From assembly GCA_963675665.1 (NCBI GenBank), contig OY776510.1, forward strand, positions 992,001-1,056,000: DNA of 64,000 bases, in the 5' to 3' direction. The stretch comes from Spirochaetia bacterium (lineage in GTDB: Bacteria > Spirochaetota > Spirochaetia > UBA9216). A model generated the notes under the pieces. That model was not told where the DNA came from, searched no databases, and saw only the letters and a program-made list of their open reading frames with translations. Shown here one piece after another: positions 40,313 through 49,974 of the stretch. Position numbers and translations under genes: made by a program. Position 1 is the first letter of the stretch, and every line of letters starts with the position of its first letter.

Positions 40313-40376
40313 TTATCTAAATATATCATGGTTACTTCTATTGACTCTAATAAAATTTCCGTCAATAAATTAATAT

Positions 40377-40961
40377 ATGGAATTATTGTCAATTATCGCA
40401 ATAGCTGTGGGACTTTCTTTGGATGCTTTTGCAGTTTCCGTTACAAATAGTACCGTAATCAAGGATCTTGAGTTAAAGCATGGACTGAGAATGTCATTAT
40501 TTTTTGGTTTCTTCCAGATGATAATGCCTATATTGGGCTGGGCGGCGGGTTTAACATTCAACAGTTATATTCAAAGATTTGATCACTGGATTGCCTTCGG
40601 GTTGCTCTTTTTTGTAGGGGGCAGAATGATCCTTTCTGAAATAACTTCCGGAAAAAATGACGATGAAAATGGTTGCAGGGAAGAAAGCAGTCAGGATTGC
40701 CGAAACCTTCCTACATTATTTTTATTGTCGATTGCTACAAGTATTGATGCACTGGCTGTCGGTTTGAGCTTTGCTATGATTAATATTGCTATTGTCGGCC
40801 CGGCGGTAATTATCGGTGTAATCACTTTTTTAATTTCATTTTTCGGATATTTTCTTGGAAATCGTATAGGACATAAAATTAATTTTTCCCTTGATGTAAC
40901 AGGAGGTATTATTCTTATTGCGATAGGGGTAAAAATATTAATAGAGCATATATTTTTTTAG
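40377..40961 (+). CDS. mntP: Manganese efflux pump MntP
   Basis: LSLDAFAVS, FGFFQ, DHWIAF, ATSIDALAVG. Confidence 0.92.
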   Translation: MELLSIIAIAVGLSLDAFAVSVTNSTVIKDLELKHGLRMSLFFGFFQMIMPILGWAAGLTFNSYIQRFDHWIAFGLLFFVGGRMILSEITSGKNDDENGCREESSQDCRNLPTLFLLSIATSIDALAVGLSFAMINIAIVGPAVIIGVITFLISFFGYFLGNRIGHKINFSLDVTGGIILIAIGVKILIEHIFF

Positions 40962-41076
40962 TATTAAAAACTGCTTTAGATGCGAACTTTCATACATTAT
41001 TATTAAAACAGTAATAACCATTTCATGTTTTTTGTATGGTATAATCTACGGATTATCAGGTTTAACGGGAGGGAAT

Positions 41077-42498
41077 ATGTCTTTTAACTGGAATTTTTAT
41101 ATTCATGCAGGTATTATTGCGGCCGGGTTGATAATTGCAGTCTTTTTACGATCCAGGATAAAATTCTTCCAGAGATTCCTGATTCCCAATTCTATAATTG
41201 CCGGGTTCCTTTTAATGCCGTTTTATAATTTTGTTTTTCCCAAAGTCGGATTCAGCCAGGAATATCTCGGCGAGATTGCCTACCATCTGTTGAGCATATC
41301 GTTTGTTGCGCTCTCCATGCGTACTATAAAAAAATCCAGCAGAGCAAACCGAAATCGTCAGGGGAATGCTGTAATTCTTCTGAGCCAGTACGGTGTTCAG
41401 GCTTTTATTGGAATTATTATCACGTGGCTATTTCTTAAAACCATAAAACCGGATCTTTTTCATAGTTTCGGTTTTCTATTCCCGCTTGGATTTGCTCTTG
41501 GTCCTGGCCAGGCTTTTGCCATTGGCGAGGGCTGGAAAGTTTTCGGTATTGAAGACGCCGGAACTGTAGGTCTTACGTTTGCCGCTTTGGGCTTTATTGT
41601 GGCCAGTTTCGGCGGAGTTTTTCTGATTCATTACGGTATTAAACACAACTGGATAAGTTCCGATTATATGAAAAAGATTAGAAAAACAGATGTCAGAACA
41701 GGAGTTTTTCCGAGAGGAGCAAAACGTCCGGTAGGAGCATATCAGACAACCCAGTCGGAAGCAATCGATTCTTTTACCGCCAATATGATTTTTATTCTTC
41801 TAAGTTACCTTTTAAGTTATCTGCTGCTGAAAGGTTTGGGCTGGCTGCTGGCTTTTGCCGGGGCCATGGGAACTGAACTTGCGACCAATCTGTGGGGAAT
41901 CAGTTTTATTTTTGCGGCTCTGGTCGGGTTGCTTGTTCGAAGGGTAATGACGGGACTCCGGGTTGATCACATTCTGGATGACAGTACCCTGGGCCGTATT
42001 TCAGGTATTTCGGTGGACATTATGGTTACAAGCTCCATCGCTGCAATCAGTCTGGTAATTGCTTTCAAATACTGGCTTCCGATACTGGTAACTACTGTAG
42101 CCGGTACTGTCTTAATTCTTGTGCTTGTACCATGGATGGCTTCGCGGGTGTTCAGCAATAACAGGTTTCTGCGGACAATTATTCTTTTCGGCGCTGTAAC
42201 GGGGACTCTGACTACGGGGCTTGCTCTGCTCAGGGTTCTGGATCCGGAGTTTGAAACTCCTGTGGCCTCGGATTACAGTTACGCGTCGGGGATAACATTT
42301 GTAGCTGCCATACCTTTTATCCTTGCGATCAATTTCCCGGCAAAAGCCTACCAGACGGGTGACATGAGGTGGTTTGTCGCGGGAATTGCGGTAGCGGCCG
42401 GGTATATAGTTATTACGCTTTTATGGTATATGTTGCTTGCAAAAAAGAAATCATTCGCACGCGGTTCACAAATTTGGGCGCTGGAACGGCGGAAATAA
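41077..42498 (+). CDS. Sodium:glutamate symporter family (GltS-like)
   Basis: FFQRFLIPNSIIAG, GFALGPGQA, TGLALLRVLDP; ATG 41077 with GGAGGG RBS. Confidence 0.82.
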   Translation: MSFNWNFYIHAGIIAAGLIIAVFLRSRIKFFQRFLIPNSIIAGFLLMPFYNFVFPKVGFSQEYLGEIAYHLLSISFVALSMRTIKKSSRANRNRQGNAVILLSQYGVQAFIGIIITWLFLKTIKPDLFHSFGFLFPLGFALGPGQAFAIGEGWKVFGIEDAGTVGLTFAALGFIVASFGGVFLIHYGIKHNWISSDYMKKIRKTDVRTGVFPRGAKRPVGAYQTTQSEAIDSFTANMIFILLSYLLSYLLLKGLGWLLAFAGAMGTELATNLWGISFIFAALVGLLVRRVMTGLRVDHILDDSTLGRISGISVDIMVTSSIAAISLVIAFKYWLPILVTTVAGTVLILVLVPWMASRVFSNNRFLRTIILFGAVTGTLTTGLALLRVLDPEFETPVASDYSYASGITFVAAIPFILAINFPAKAYQTGDMRWFVAGIAVAAGYIVITLLWYMLLAKKKSFARGSQIWALERRK

Positions 42499-42531
42499 AA
42501 CGGAACAATCGGGATAATAGAATGTATTATA

Positions 42532-42572
42532 TGTAAAGTAAACTTGACAAATAGGAAAGTTTGCGCTACATT
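42532..42572 (+). promoter_or_regulatory. sigma70 promoter with an overlapping XRE-type operator
   Basis: TTGACA-N17-TACATT, 7 nt before ATG 42580; imperfect palindrome TGTAAAGT-AA-ACTTGACA over the -35. Confidence 0.6.
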
Positions 42573-42579
42573 TAAACTC

Positions 42580-43116
42580 ATGAAACGTCAAAAATCCTTT
42601 ATAAGGAAACTTTTATGTTTATTTGTTCTGCTGGTTATCTGCCTGTCGGCAGTTTCAGCAGAAGCATCCCGAAGTGAGCGTCCAATCGATTTTTATGCCG
42701 AGTTTTCCAGAATGCTGTCTCTGCAGCTCGGTATGGAATACTATTTTAACGATTACTTAGGTATTAAAGGGAGCCTGGGTGCTTCACCCTTCATGATAAC
42801 AACATGGACTTATAATCTGCTGGGTGTTTACCATTTCAACCTTCCGGCGGAGCATTTTCAGCTTGATTTTGAAGCGGGGCTTCCGCTGGCATACCTGGAT
42901 CTGTTTGAAGGCCGTGTAACCGATTGGGACCCGCAGATCGAAAGTCCTTTTATGGGTTTTCTGCCGGGAGTCGCTGTTCTGGCTTCATACAGGTTCAATG
43001 AAGAACATGCATTAGGGGTTCGTTTAGGCGGATCGGTTCAGTTTGAATACCGGTTTAACGGCAGCTGGCAGCAGCCGGGGTTTATCCCCGTTTTTGCGCT
43101 TGTTTACAATTTCTGA
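42580..43116 (+). CDS. Exported hypothetical protein, probable small outer-membrane beta-barrel
   Basis: Signal peptide, amphipathic strands, C-terminal YNF. Confidence 0.7.
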   Translation: MKRQKSFIRKLLCLFVLLVICLSAVSAEASRSERPIDFYAEFSRMLSLQLGMEYYFNDYLGIKGSLGASPFMITTWTYNLLGVYHFNLPAEHFQLDFEAGLPLAYLDLFEGRVTDWDPQIESPFMGFLPGVAVLASYRFNEEHALGVRLGGSVQFEYRFNGSWQQPGFIPVFALVYNF

Positions 43117-43124
43117 AGGCGGCG

Positions 43125-43328
43125 GTGAAGAACAATATAGGTTTATTCAGGTATCAGAAAGGCAGAATCTCACAGGCAAAGCTGGCTGAACTGACAGGCG
43201 TCAGCAGGCAGAGTATCAACGCTATTGAAACCGGCCGTTTCAATCCGTCGGTTGAACTTGCAATGAAGATAGCCGCCGTTCTTGACTGCCGGGTTGAGGA
43301 CCTTTTTATCCTGGAGGATGATAAATGA
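43125..43328 (+). CDS. Small XRE/Cro-family HTH regulator
   Basis: SQAKLAELTGVSRQSINAIETGRFNPSVELA. Confidence 0.92.
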   Translation: MKNNIGLFRYQKGRISQAKLAELTGVSRQSINAIETGRFNPSVELAMKIAAVLDCRVEDLFILEDDK

Positions 43329-44002
43329 AAAAGATACCGTTTGACAGGCTTAAAAAAATCAGGAAAACGAGTGTTATAGAATTCTCCGGCGGGCTTGCCG
43401 GGGCTGTGCTGGGAATGGTCGTCAGTCCGTGGTTTTATCTGCTGACGGCCGCCGCTCTTTATGTTCCTCCAGTGTTGAGGGTTTTCGGGGTGCAGAAAGA
43501 TGTTGATGAGTTTGAGCTTGATTCAATTAAATGGGGCGCACTTGCAAGTTTTGTTGTTACCGGCTGTTTTCTGTTCGCATACCTGATTTTTTCTGTCGTT
43601 AAGGAAGACCCGGATGATTTTTCCGGAATAATGTATTTTCTGATAATTGTCCAGGCATTCTCGTATTTCATGTTCCGTTACTATCGTTTCTGGATGAGCC
43701 GCAGGGCGGGACGGCTGATCATAGGAATCGAATTGCTGTTCTGGGGTCTGTTTACGGTGCTGAGCGCCGAATCTGTCGGCGGATTTCTCATGCAGTCGCT
43801 TGCGACAATAGTTCCACCGGCTGCAATCATTGTTTTGTCGCTGTTTCGACCGCGAATCAGCGGAGTAATATGCGCGGCATTCAGCATCTTCACAATGTTT
43901 TTCTTCGGCGTGCTGGATAATATGTTTGTGTTCATTCTGCTGTCGGTGCCGCTGATGCTCGCAAGTATTGCGCTGTTTATAAGCCCCAATGACAGTAGAT
44001 GA
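43325..44002 (+). CDS. Hypothetical membrane protein
   Basis: Multi-TM; ATGA overlap with the XRE gene. Confidence 0.75.
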   Translation: MKKIPFDRLKKIRKTSVIEFSGGLAGAVLGMVVSPWFYLLTAAALYVPPVLRVFGVQKDVDEFELDSIKWGALASFVVTGCFLFAYLIFSVVKEDPDDFSGIMYFLIIVQAFSYFMFRYYRFWMSRRAGRLIIGIELLFWGLFTVLSAESVGGFLMQSLATIVPPAAIIVLSLFRPRISGVICAAFSIFTMFFFGVLDNMFVFILLSVPLMLASIALFISPNDSR

Positions 44003-44010
44003 AATATTTT

Positions 44011-44408
44011 CTATCTGGTAATCTTTCGGATCATCTTTCCGACAAGTTTTGAAGTCTTTTTTGTCACTTCCCTGCCTGCTTCCCGTGCAATCTGGTTTTT
44101 GACGGCCCCGAACAGTTTTTCCGGGGAAATATCGCCCTTTATAGCTCCTTTCAGATCGAACGGTTTTTGTCGGTCCGAATCGGGCGCGGCCCCGGTTTCG
44201 GGGATATCGTCAATAGTCCATGCGGTTAGTGTTTTCCATTCACCGGAACCAGCCAGCCAGGCGGTAAATATCCTTTCCGTTGTTTCGACTGATAATCCGG
44301 GACCGCTGCTGTAATGTCCGGAAGCGTCCTGGTACTCGGCAATAAATCCCGTTTCGGAATACGCGCACTGGATATAGTCTTCTCCGTTTGAAAGAATCAG
44401 AAAATCGT
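44011..44408 (-). pseudogene. 5'-truncated duplicate of gene 54859-55344 (left direct repeat)
   Basis: 44012-44408 matches 54860-55256 (397 bp, about 5 mismatches by eye); lacks the first ~29 codons. Confidence 0.9.
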
Positions 44409-44595
44409 AGATGATTTCCAAGCAGGAAAAAGAGATAGTGCAGAGTTCTGGATTCAAATGGATGGTGAATTTATCCACATCCGGTATTTCCCGTTATTTG
44501 AAGGGGCAAGCTATAAAGACGTTATCGAAGTAAGCCAGGAAATATCTTACAGGAGAAGTCTTGAAAAAGAAAAACGTCTGCTGGATGAAGAATGA
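44401..44595 (+). pseudogene. C-terminal fragment of a DUF438/PAS_10-type protein
   Basis: Hand translation KIVDDFQAGKRDSAEFWIQMDGEFIHIRYF...IEVSQEI...LEKEKRLLDEE*; no start codon; begins at the repeat junction. Confidence 0.7.
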
Positions 44596-44607
44596 CTCAC
44601 TACCGTG

Positions 44608-46557
44608 TTATCCTTTTAATGAGTAGTATTTATTTAGATATTCTATTCCTGAAGGTAAATTAAGTTTCAGGTTATATTCAATAACATTGTCTTCTTTAAA
44701 TAAAATATCCAATTCGCCGGTCATTGCTTTAATAATTTTATTTGCGATTGCAATACTAAGATCTACACCGGTTTTAAAGAAAGTATTTTCTTTGGTATTT
44801 ATTGCGTTAACAATTGATTCCTTTTTTAATTCGGAAAAAATAATGCCCTGAACAATTATTTTAAAAACAGCTTTAAAATTGCTGTACTTAACAGTAATAT
44901 CAATATCGCTGTCCAATGCATTCATAACAACTGTATTTATAAGAAGAATTGTCACATGTAAAAGACGGGCTTCATCACCAAAAACAATTTTTGGGATCTC
45001 GGAATGAATTCTGAAATTTATTGTTGAATTGGTTGGATGGTTCTTTTTTACAATAGTTTTAATTCTGTTAAGGAAATTTAATAAATTAAATGCAGCTATC
45101 TGGAATTTCATTTCGCCGCTTTGAAACTCAATAAAATTAATAATATCTTTAGTCAGTATCGTAATATAATTGCACTCAAAGAAAAGTTTATCAAATGATG
45201 AATCCTTGTCGTTTATTTCCTGGATATTCTTTAAAAGTTGATTTTCTATTCTTGTCATTGAATTCAGATATTCATTTGTCATGGTCAACAAGAATTGAGT
45301 TTTTTGCTCATTTGCTATTCGTTCTTCTTCCTTCCTTTTTTCCATTTCCTGTTTTGCCAGAATTCGTTGAGTAATATCACGGCTGATACCCAGTAAACCT
45401 ATTACGTTGTTATCTGAATCAAAGAATGGAGCTTTATAAACCTCAAAACGTCTTTTCTCACCATCAGGGTAAGACATCCACTCTTCGTTTTTAAATGGTT
45501 TATTATTTTTATATACTATCCTGTCGTGTTCCAGAAAGAACTCAGCCATATGATAGGGATGAATTTCGAAGTCAGAAGATCCGATTATTTTTTCTTTTGG
45601 TAAACCTACAATTTTTGCAAATGCATTATTACATCCCATTAAAATTCCGTTTACATCCTTGTAAAAAATCAAATCAGGAGATGCGTCGATTATCTTTTGT
45701 AATAATGTATATGCTTCTGTTAATTCCTGTTCTGATTTTTTTTGACGAGCTTCCAGTGAATAAATATAGTGTTTGCGGTAATGGCCGGGCGTTGTGGACT
45801 GATGCATTTTAAATGTACGGTTGAAATGAGATTCGCTTGAAAAGTGTAGAGCTTCAGAGATCTCGGCGATAGTCATTTTTGTTTCAATCAGTAATTGTGC
45901 CGCTTCCTGGGTTTTCAGAAAATTATAATATTTCATTGGAGGCTGGTTCATGTATGATTTAAAAATACGAATGAAGTAGGATTCGGTCAGGTTTAAAGAA
46001 TTACAAATGTCATTTAAATTAATTGTTTTGTATAAATTCTCTTTCATAAATTCGCAGGCGGAATCTATATAGGATATCATTTCCGGGGCGACTTCTTTTG
46101 ATTCATATTCATTCGGCAATCTGTATAAAATAGATTTTAATAAACTTGCGGCTGAATGTAAGGAAAAATCCTTTTTTATATTATACAGATTTTCTATATC
46201 ATAAATATACGAAATTAACTTTTTGTTTGAAGAATTATATTTTTGTGTTGAAAAAAAGTTATTAATAAAAGAGAGAAATTCTGAAGAAGACTCATCAAGT
46301 TTGAAATCTATGCGGTAATAAATAACCGGTTTCGAATGCGGCATGTAATTGATAGAATAATTTTTCCTGGGAAAAGTTAAAAAGAATGTGTAATCATTTA
46401 TTTCAAATTTATCATTTTCAATTCTAAAAAAACCGTCGCCGCTAAAAAAACAGTGAAATCTGTATTCCTGTTTTTGTTGTAAAACATATTGCGGTTCTTC
46501 GGAATTAAATTCCATTGGTGATTTATTAATTCTGTTAAAGATGTTAATAATTTTCAT
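44608..46557 (-). CDS. AraC-family regulator fused to PAS and a degenerate histidine-kinase domain
   Basis: SYFIRIFK...SHFNRTFK HTH; IDASPDLIFYKD...GISRDIT PAS; KTQFLLTMTNE lacks the H-box His; GDEARL. Confidence 0.8.
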   Translation of the reverse strand: MKIINIFNRINKSPMEFNSEEPQYVLQQKQEYRFHCFFSGDGFFRIENDKFEINDYTFFLTFPRKNYSINYMPHSKPVIYYRIDFKLDESSSEFLSFINNFFSTQKYNSSNKKLISYIYDIENLYNIKKDFSLHSAASLLKSILYRLPNEYESKEVAPEMISYIDSACEFMKENLYKTINLNDICNSLNLTESYFIRIFKSYMNQPPMKYYNFLKTQEAAQLLIETKMTIAEISEALHFSSESHFNRTFKMHQSTTPGHYRKHYIYSLEARQKKSEQELTEAYTLLQKIIDASPDLIFYKDVNGILMGCNNAFAKIVGLPKEKIIGSSDFEIHPYHMAEFFLEHDRIVYKNNKPFKNEEWMSYPDGEKRRFEVYKAPFFDSDNNVIGLLGISRDITQRILAKQEMEKRKEEERIANEQKTQFLLTMTNEYLNSMTRIENQLLKNIQEINDKDSSFDKLFFECNYITILTKDIINFIEFQSGEMKFQIAAFNLLNFLNRIKTIVKKNHPTNSTINFRIHSEIPKIVFGDEARLLHVTILLINTVVMNALDSDIDITVKYSNFKAVFKIIVQGIIFSELKKESIVNAINTKENTFFKTGVDLSIAIANKIIKAMTGELDILFKEDNVIEYNLKLNLPSGIEYLNKYYSLKG

Positions 46558-46789
46558 CTATTATCCTATTATTGCATAAAATTGAACAGGTAAAATGTTC
46601 CAGGTATGCTTATGCGCTTATCAGATTTTTTTTCTAATCAAAAAATCGATGTAAATTGTATAAAATCATCCTGAACTATTACCAGTTAGTGGATTATATC
46701 ACAGGAATTTGAAATAACCAGAAAATATTGGATATTGTTTTCAGCCGCCACGAGACTATACTTCAGACAACATTGTTGCGGAGGAAAAT

Positions 46790-47923
46790 ATGAGTTCAGT
46801 TTATCCGAAAAAAAATAAAGTGAGAGTTGGTGTTGTCGGATTAGGGTTTGGAAAAGAATTCCTGCCAATCTATAAAGAATATGAAAATTGTGAAGTTACA
46901 GCGATATGCAAGAGAAACAAAAATGAGCTTGAAGAATTCGGGCGGCAGTTTGAAATTGATAAATTATATACTTCATACCAGGACATGCTTAATGATGACG
47001 ATATTGACGCTATACATATAGTAACGCCAATTTTCGATCACGCCGGAATGACAATAGATGCATTAAAAGCCGGAAAGCATTGTGCTTCAACAGTTCCAAT
47101 GGCAACTACAATAGATGAACTAAAAGAGATTGTAAGATTAAAAAATGATTCAAATAAAATCTATATGATGATGGAAACCGCTGTATATACACGCGAGTTC
47201 TTTTATGTGAAAAACCTTATTGATACCGGCAGATTAGGAAAAATTCAATTTCTGCGCGGGTCTCATCAACAGGACATGGGGCTGGAAGGGTGGCCGGGCT
47301 ATTGGCTTGGATTACCTCCAATGTGGTATGGAACACATGCAATAGGCCCTTTGCTTTGTATTGCCGGAAGCAGAGCTGAAAGTGTTGTATGTCATGGTTC
47401 CGGAAAACTTAGCCCTGATTTATCTGAAAAATATAATTCTCCGTTTTCAATCGAAACGGCTACTTTTAAACTTGAGCATTCGCCGATTGCTGTAGAAGCA
47501 ACAAGATCTTTATATGAATGTACGAGGCAGTATAGAGAAAGTTTTGATGTATATGGCGAGAAAATGTCCTGCGAATGGGAACAGATAGCCGACGAAGGTT
47601 TTGTTGTTTTTGAAGGCGGTGAAAACGCAAGGCGTATTAATGTGCCGGACACAGACAAGTTATTACCAAAAAGTATTTCCCAGTTCAGTTTAAGAGAGCA
47701 AATCCTTGATGAAGATCATGTGTCGTTTATTCAGGGCGCCGGACATGGAGGATCACACCCGCATCTGGTAAGAGAATTTATCGATTCAATCATGGAAAAC
47801 CGTGAACCAAGAGAGGGTGTTATTACGTCAGCCGACTGGACTGCGGCAGGAATTTGTGCTCATGAATCAGCGATGAAGAACGGAGAGCGAATATATCTTC
47901 CAGATTTTAGAGATATTAAATAA
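46790..47923 (+). CDS. Gfo/Idh/MocA family oxidoreductase
   Basis: VVGLGFG, AGKHCASTVP, PPMWYGTHA, GHGGSHPHLV. Confidence 0.9.
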   Translation: MSSVYPKKNKVRVGVVGLGFGKEFLPIYKEYENCEVTAICKRNKNELEEFGRQFEIDKLYTSYQDMLNDDDIDAIHIVTPIFDHAGMTIDALKAGKHCASTVPMATTIDELKEIVRLKNDSNKIYMMMETAVYTREFFYVKNLIDTGRLGKIQFLRGSHQQDMGLEGWPGYWLGLPPMWYGTHAIGPLLCIAGSRAESVVCHGSGKLSPDLSEKYNSPFSIETATFKLEHSPIAVEATRSLYECTRQYRESFDVYGEKMSCEWEQIADEGFVVFEGGENARRINVPDTDKLLPKSISQFSLREQILDEDHVSFIQGAGHGGSHPHLVREFIDSIMENREPREGVITSADWTAAGICAHESAMKNGERIYLPDFRDIK

Positions 47924-47936
47924 TGGAGGTTGCGGC

Positions 47937-48761
47937 ATGAAATTTGATATAGATCAGTTATGTATAAATACAACTACGTTAGGAGAAGGTTTAATTCAGG
48001 ATAAAATTAAACTGCTGTCGGAGAGCAGGATAAATAAAATTGCTCTTTGGTATGATGATGTTAAAGAACAGAACATAGATGAAATTAAAGAACTATTATC
48101 AGTAAATAATATAAAACCGGTGTTGTTGTCATTTCTAGGGCCTTTTAACCAGGTTACAGCAGAAGAGCGCAAACAACAAAGAGATGAAGACATCAAGAAG
48201 ATTAATATAGCGCAGCAGCTAGGTATATCCACTGTTCTGGCGCTCAGCGGTCCAAGAAAAGCAATATCTGAAAAGGATGCTTTTTATAATCTGAAATCTG
48301 CTTTGTCTGAACTATCAGGATTGTGCGCAGATTCAGATATTCGAATTGCATTTGAACCTATTCACTATATGTACCAGGACGACTGGACCTTTATTTATAC
48401 ACTGGAAGAAACATTGAAACTTGTTTCCGGGCTGGACTGTTCCAATTTGGGAGTGATGCTTGACCTGTACCATCTCTGGATGGAACCGGGACTGAGCGAG
48501 ACAATTAAATCAGCAGCGGGAAAAATATTCGGCGCGCAGTTGTCGGATTGGAAACCAATCACTGAATCGAAATATGATCGGGGACTTCCCGGTGAAGGTT
48601 GCATTCCGTTACCCGAACTGATTAACAGTATCATGGCTGCAGGATGGGAAGAATGGTTTGATATTGAGATATTCTCAAATGATCTATGGAAAAAGAGCCC
48701 AAAAGAAATAGTCAAAGAGTGTCAAAAGTCTTTTGAAAAACTGGCGGAACAGATCAACTAA
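47937..48761 (+). CDS. Sugar phosphate isomerase/epimerase (xylose-isomerase-like TIM barrel)
   Basis: FEPIH, DLYHLW, QLSDW, RGLPGEG, EIFS. Confidence 0.88.
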   Translation: MKFDIDQLCINTTTLGEGLIQDKIKLLSESRINKIALWYDDVKEQNIDEIKELLSVNNIKPVLLSFLGPFNQVTAEERKQQRDEDIKKINIAQQLGISTVLALSGPRKAISEKDAFYNLKSALSELSGLCADSDIRIAFEPIHYMYQDDWTFIYTLEETLKLVSGLDCSNLGVMLDLYHLWMEPGLSETIKSAAGKIFGAQLSDWKPITESKYDRGLPGEGCIPLPELINSIMAAGWEEWFDIEIFSNDLWKKSPKEIVKECQKSFEKLAEQIN

Positions 48762-48814
48762 AGTCAAGATCTTGCGTATGTAAGATTAATATATAATTTT
48801 TTTAGGAGAGTTGT

Positions 48815-49891
48815 ATGAAGAAAATTCTTGTTTTGGCATGTGTGCTGATGGTAGTCTTTTTATCAATCACAGCGGCCGAAGGCTCACAGGAAGGGAATGG
48901 GAAGGATATCTCTAACGGTGGTTATGATATTGCTTTTTCTAATGGTCTGGTTACTCACAGCTGGCGCAGTCAAATGGTTGCCGGAATACAGGAAGCTGTA
49001 GCTTTCTACAAGGGTAAGGGGCTAATAAACGAATTTTATCTGGAACATGCAGGTTTCGACGTCGATTTACAGATTCAGCATATGCGTAATTTTATAATCA
49101 TGGGTGTTGATGCAATAATTGTTGATGCGCTTTCTGTCTCTGCCTTGAACCCTGTTATGGAAGAAGCAATGGAAGAAGGTATCCTTGTTGTAGCTTGCGA
49201 TATGCCGGTTACATCGGAGGCCGTCTGGCAGGTACGACCGGATCATGTTAAATGGATAGAAAGCATGGCCAGATATGTTTTTGAAAACATGAACGGCGAA
49301 GGAAAGCTTGTGTATCTCAGCGGGATTGACGGTGCACCTGTAAGTGATATGCGTGATGAAGGTTTCGATTTAGCTCTTTCAGAATATCCGGATATCCAAC
49401 TACTGGCAAAATCATACGGTAATTGGGATCCTTCACAGGCTATGCAGGCTATGGGTGATATTATTGCGGCATATCCAGATATAAACGGGTTTGTTTCACA
49501 GGATGGTCAGTGTATTTCTGTGGTCAGAGCCTTTGAAGCAGCCGGAAGGCCTCTTCCTGTAATGAATGGAGAATATTCAAAAGATTTCTGTGAATATTGG
49601 GCGGATCATCTCGATGAAGGGTTTACAAGTTATGCTATAGTTCATGGACCAAGCCAGGTTGTAACTGCAGCGCTTGCTGTAACAATGAATCTGCTTCAGG
49701 GAAAAGACTTAAAAACAAAATTACCGGAAGGTGTCAGGCTTGACGGCAAAGCGATAATATTTGACTGGCGGCAGGAAATAACAGACGACAATGTTGAAGA
49801 ACTTCTTTCTGAACATATACGTACACGCGGAATAGATGATTATATTGATGCAGTCTGGAACTACGATGAAGTAAGTGCTTGGTTTAAATAG
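48815..49891 (+). CDS. Sugar ABC transporter substrate-binding protein
   Basis: Signal peptide, SWRSQM, GVDAIIV, GNWD. Confidence 0.88.
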   Translation: MKKILVLACVLMVVFLSITAAEGSQEGNGKDISNGGYDIAFSNGLVTHSWRSQMVAGIQEAVAFYKGKGLINEFYLEHAGFDVDLQIQHMRNFIIMGVDAIIVDALSVSALNPVMEEAMEEGILVVACDMPVTSEAVWQVRPDHVKWIESMARYVFENMNGEGKLVYLSGIDGAPVSDMRDEGFDLALSEYPDIQLLAKSYGNWDPSQAMQAMGDIIAAYPDINGFVSQDGQCISVVRAFEAAGRPLPVMNGEYSKDFCEYWADHLDEGFTSYAIVHGPSQVVTAALAVTMNLLQGKDLKTKLPEGVRLDGKAIIFDWRQEITDDNVEELLSEHIRTRGIDDYIDAVWNYDEVSAWFK

Positions 49892-49910
49892 GGAATAAGT
49901 TTTCAATCAA

Positions 49911-49941
49911 CTGATGTTAGGATAAAACATCCTAACATCAG
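49911..49941. terminator. Intergenic stem-loop after the binding-protein gene
   Basis: CTGATGTTAGGAT-AAAAC-ATCCTAACATCAG. Confidence 0.6.
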
Positions 49942-49974
49942 GTAAATTTTGTTAATTAGGTAGAGCAGGTTGAG

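Noticed and set aside
40313-40376. yybP-ykoY manganese riboswitch upstream of mntP
   Set aside because: The gap is only 64 bp, AT-rich and filled by divergent promoters; no room for the aptamer.
44409-44478. N-terminus of the listed 155-aa ORF 44011-44478
   Set aside because: Chance read-through across the repeat junction into antisense DUF438-like sequence; not a real second gene.
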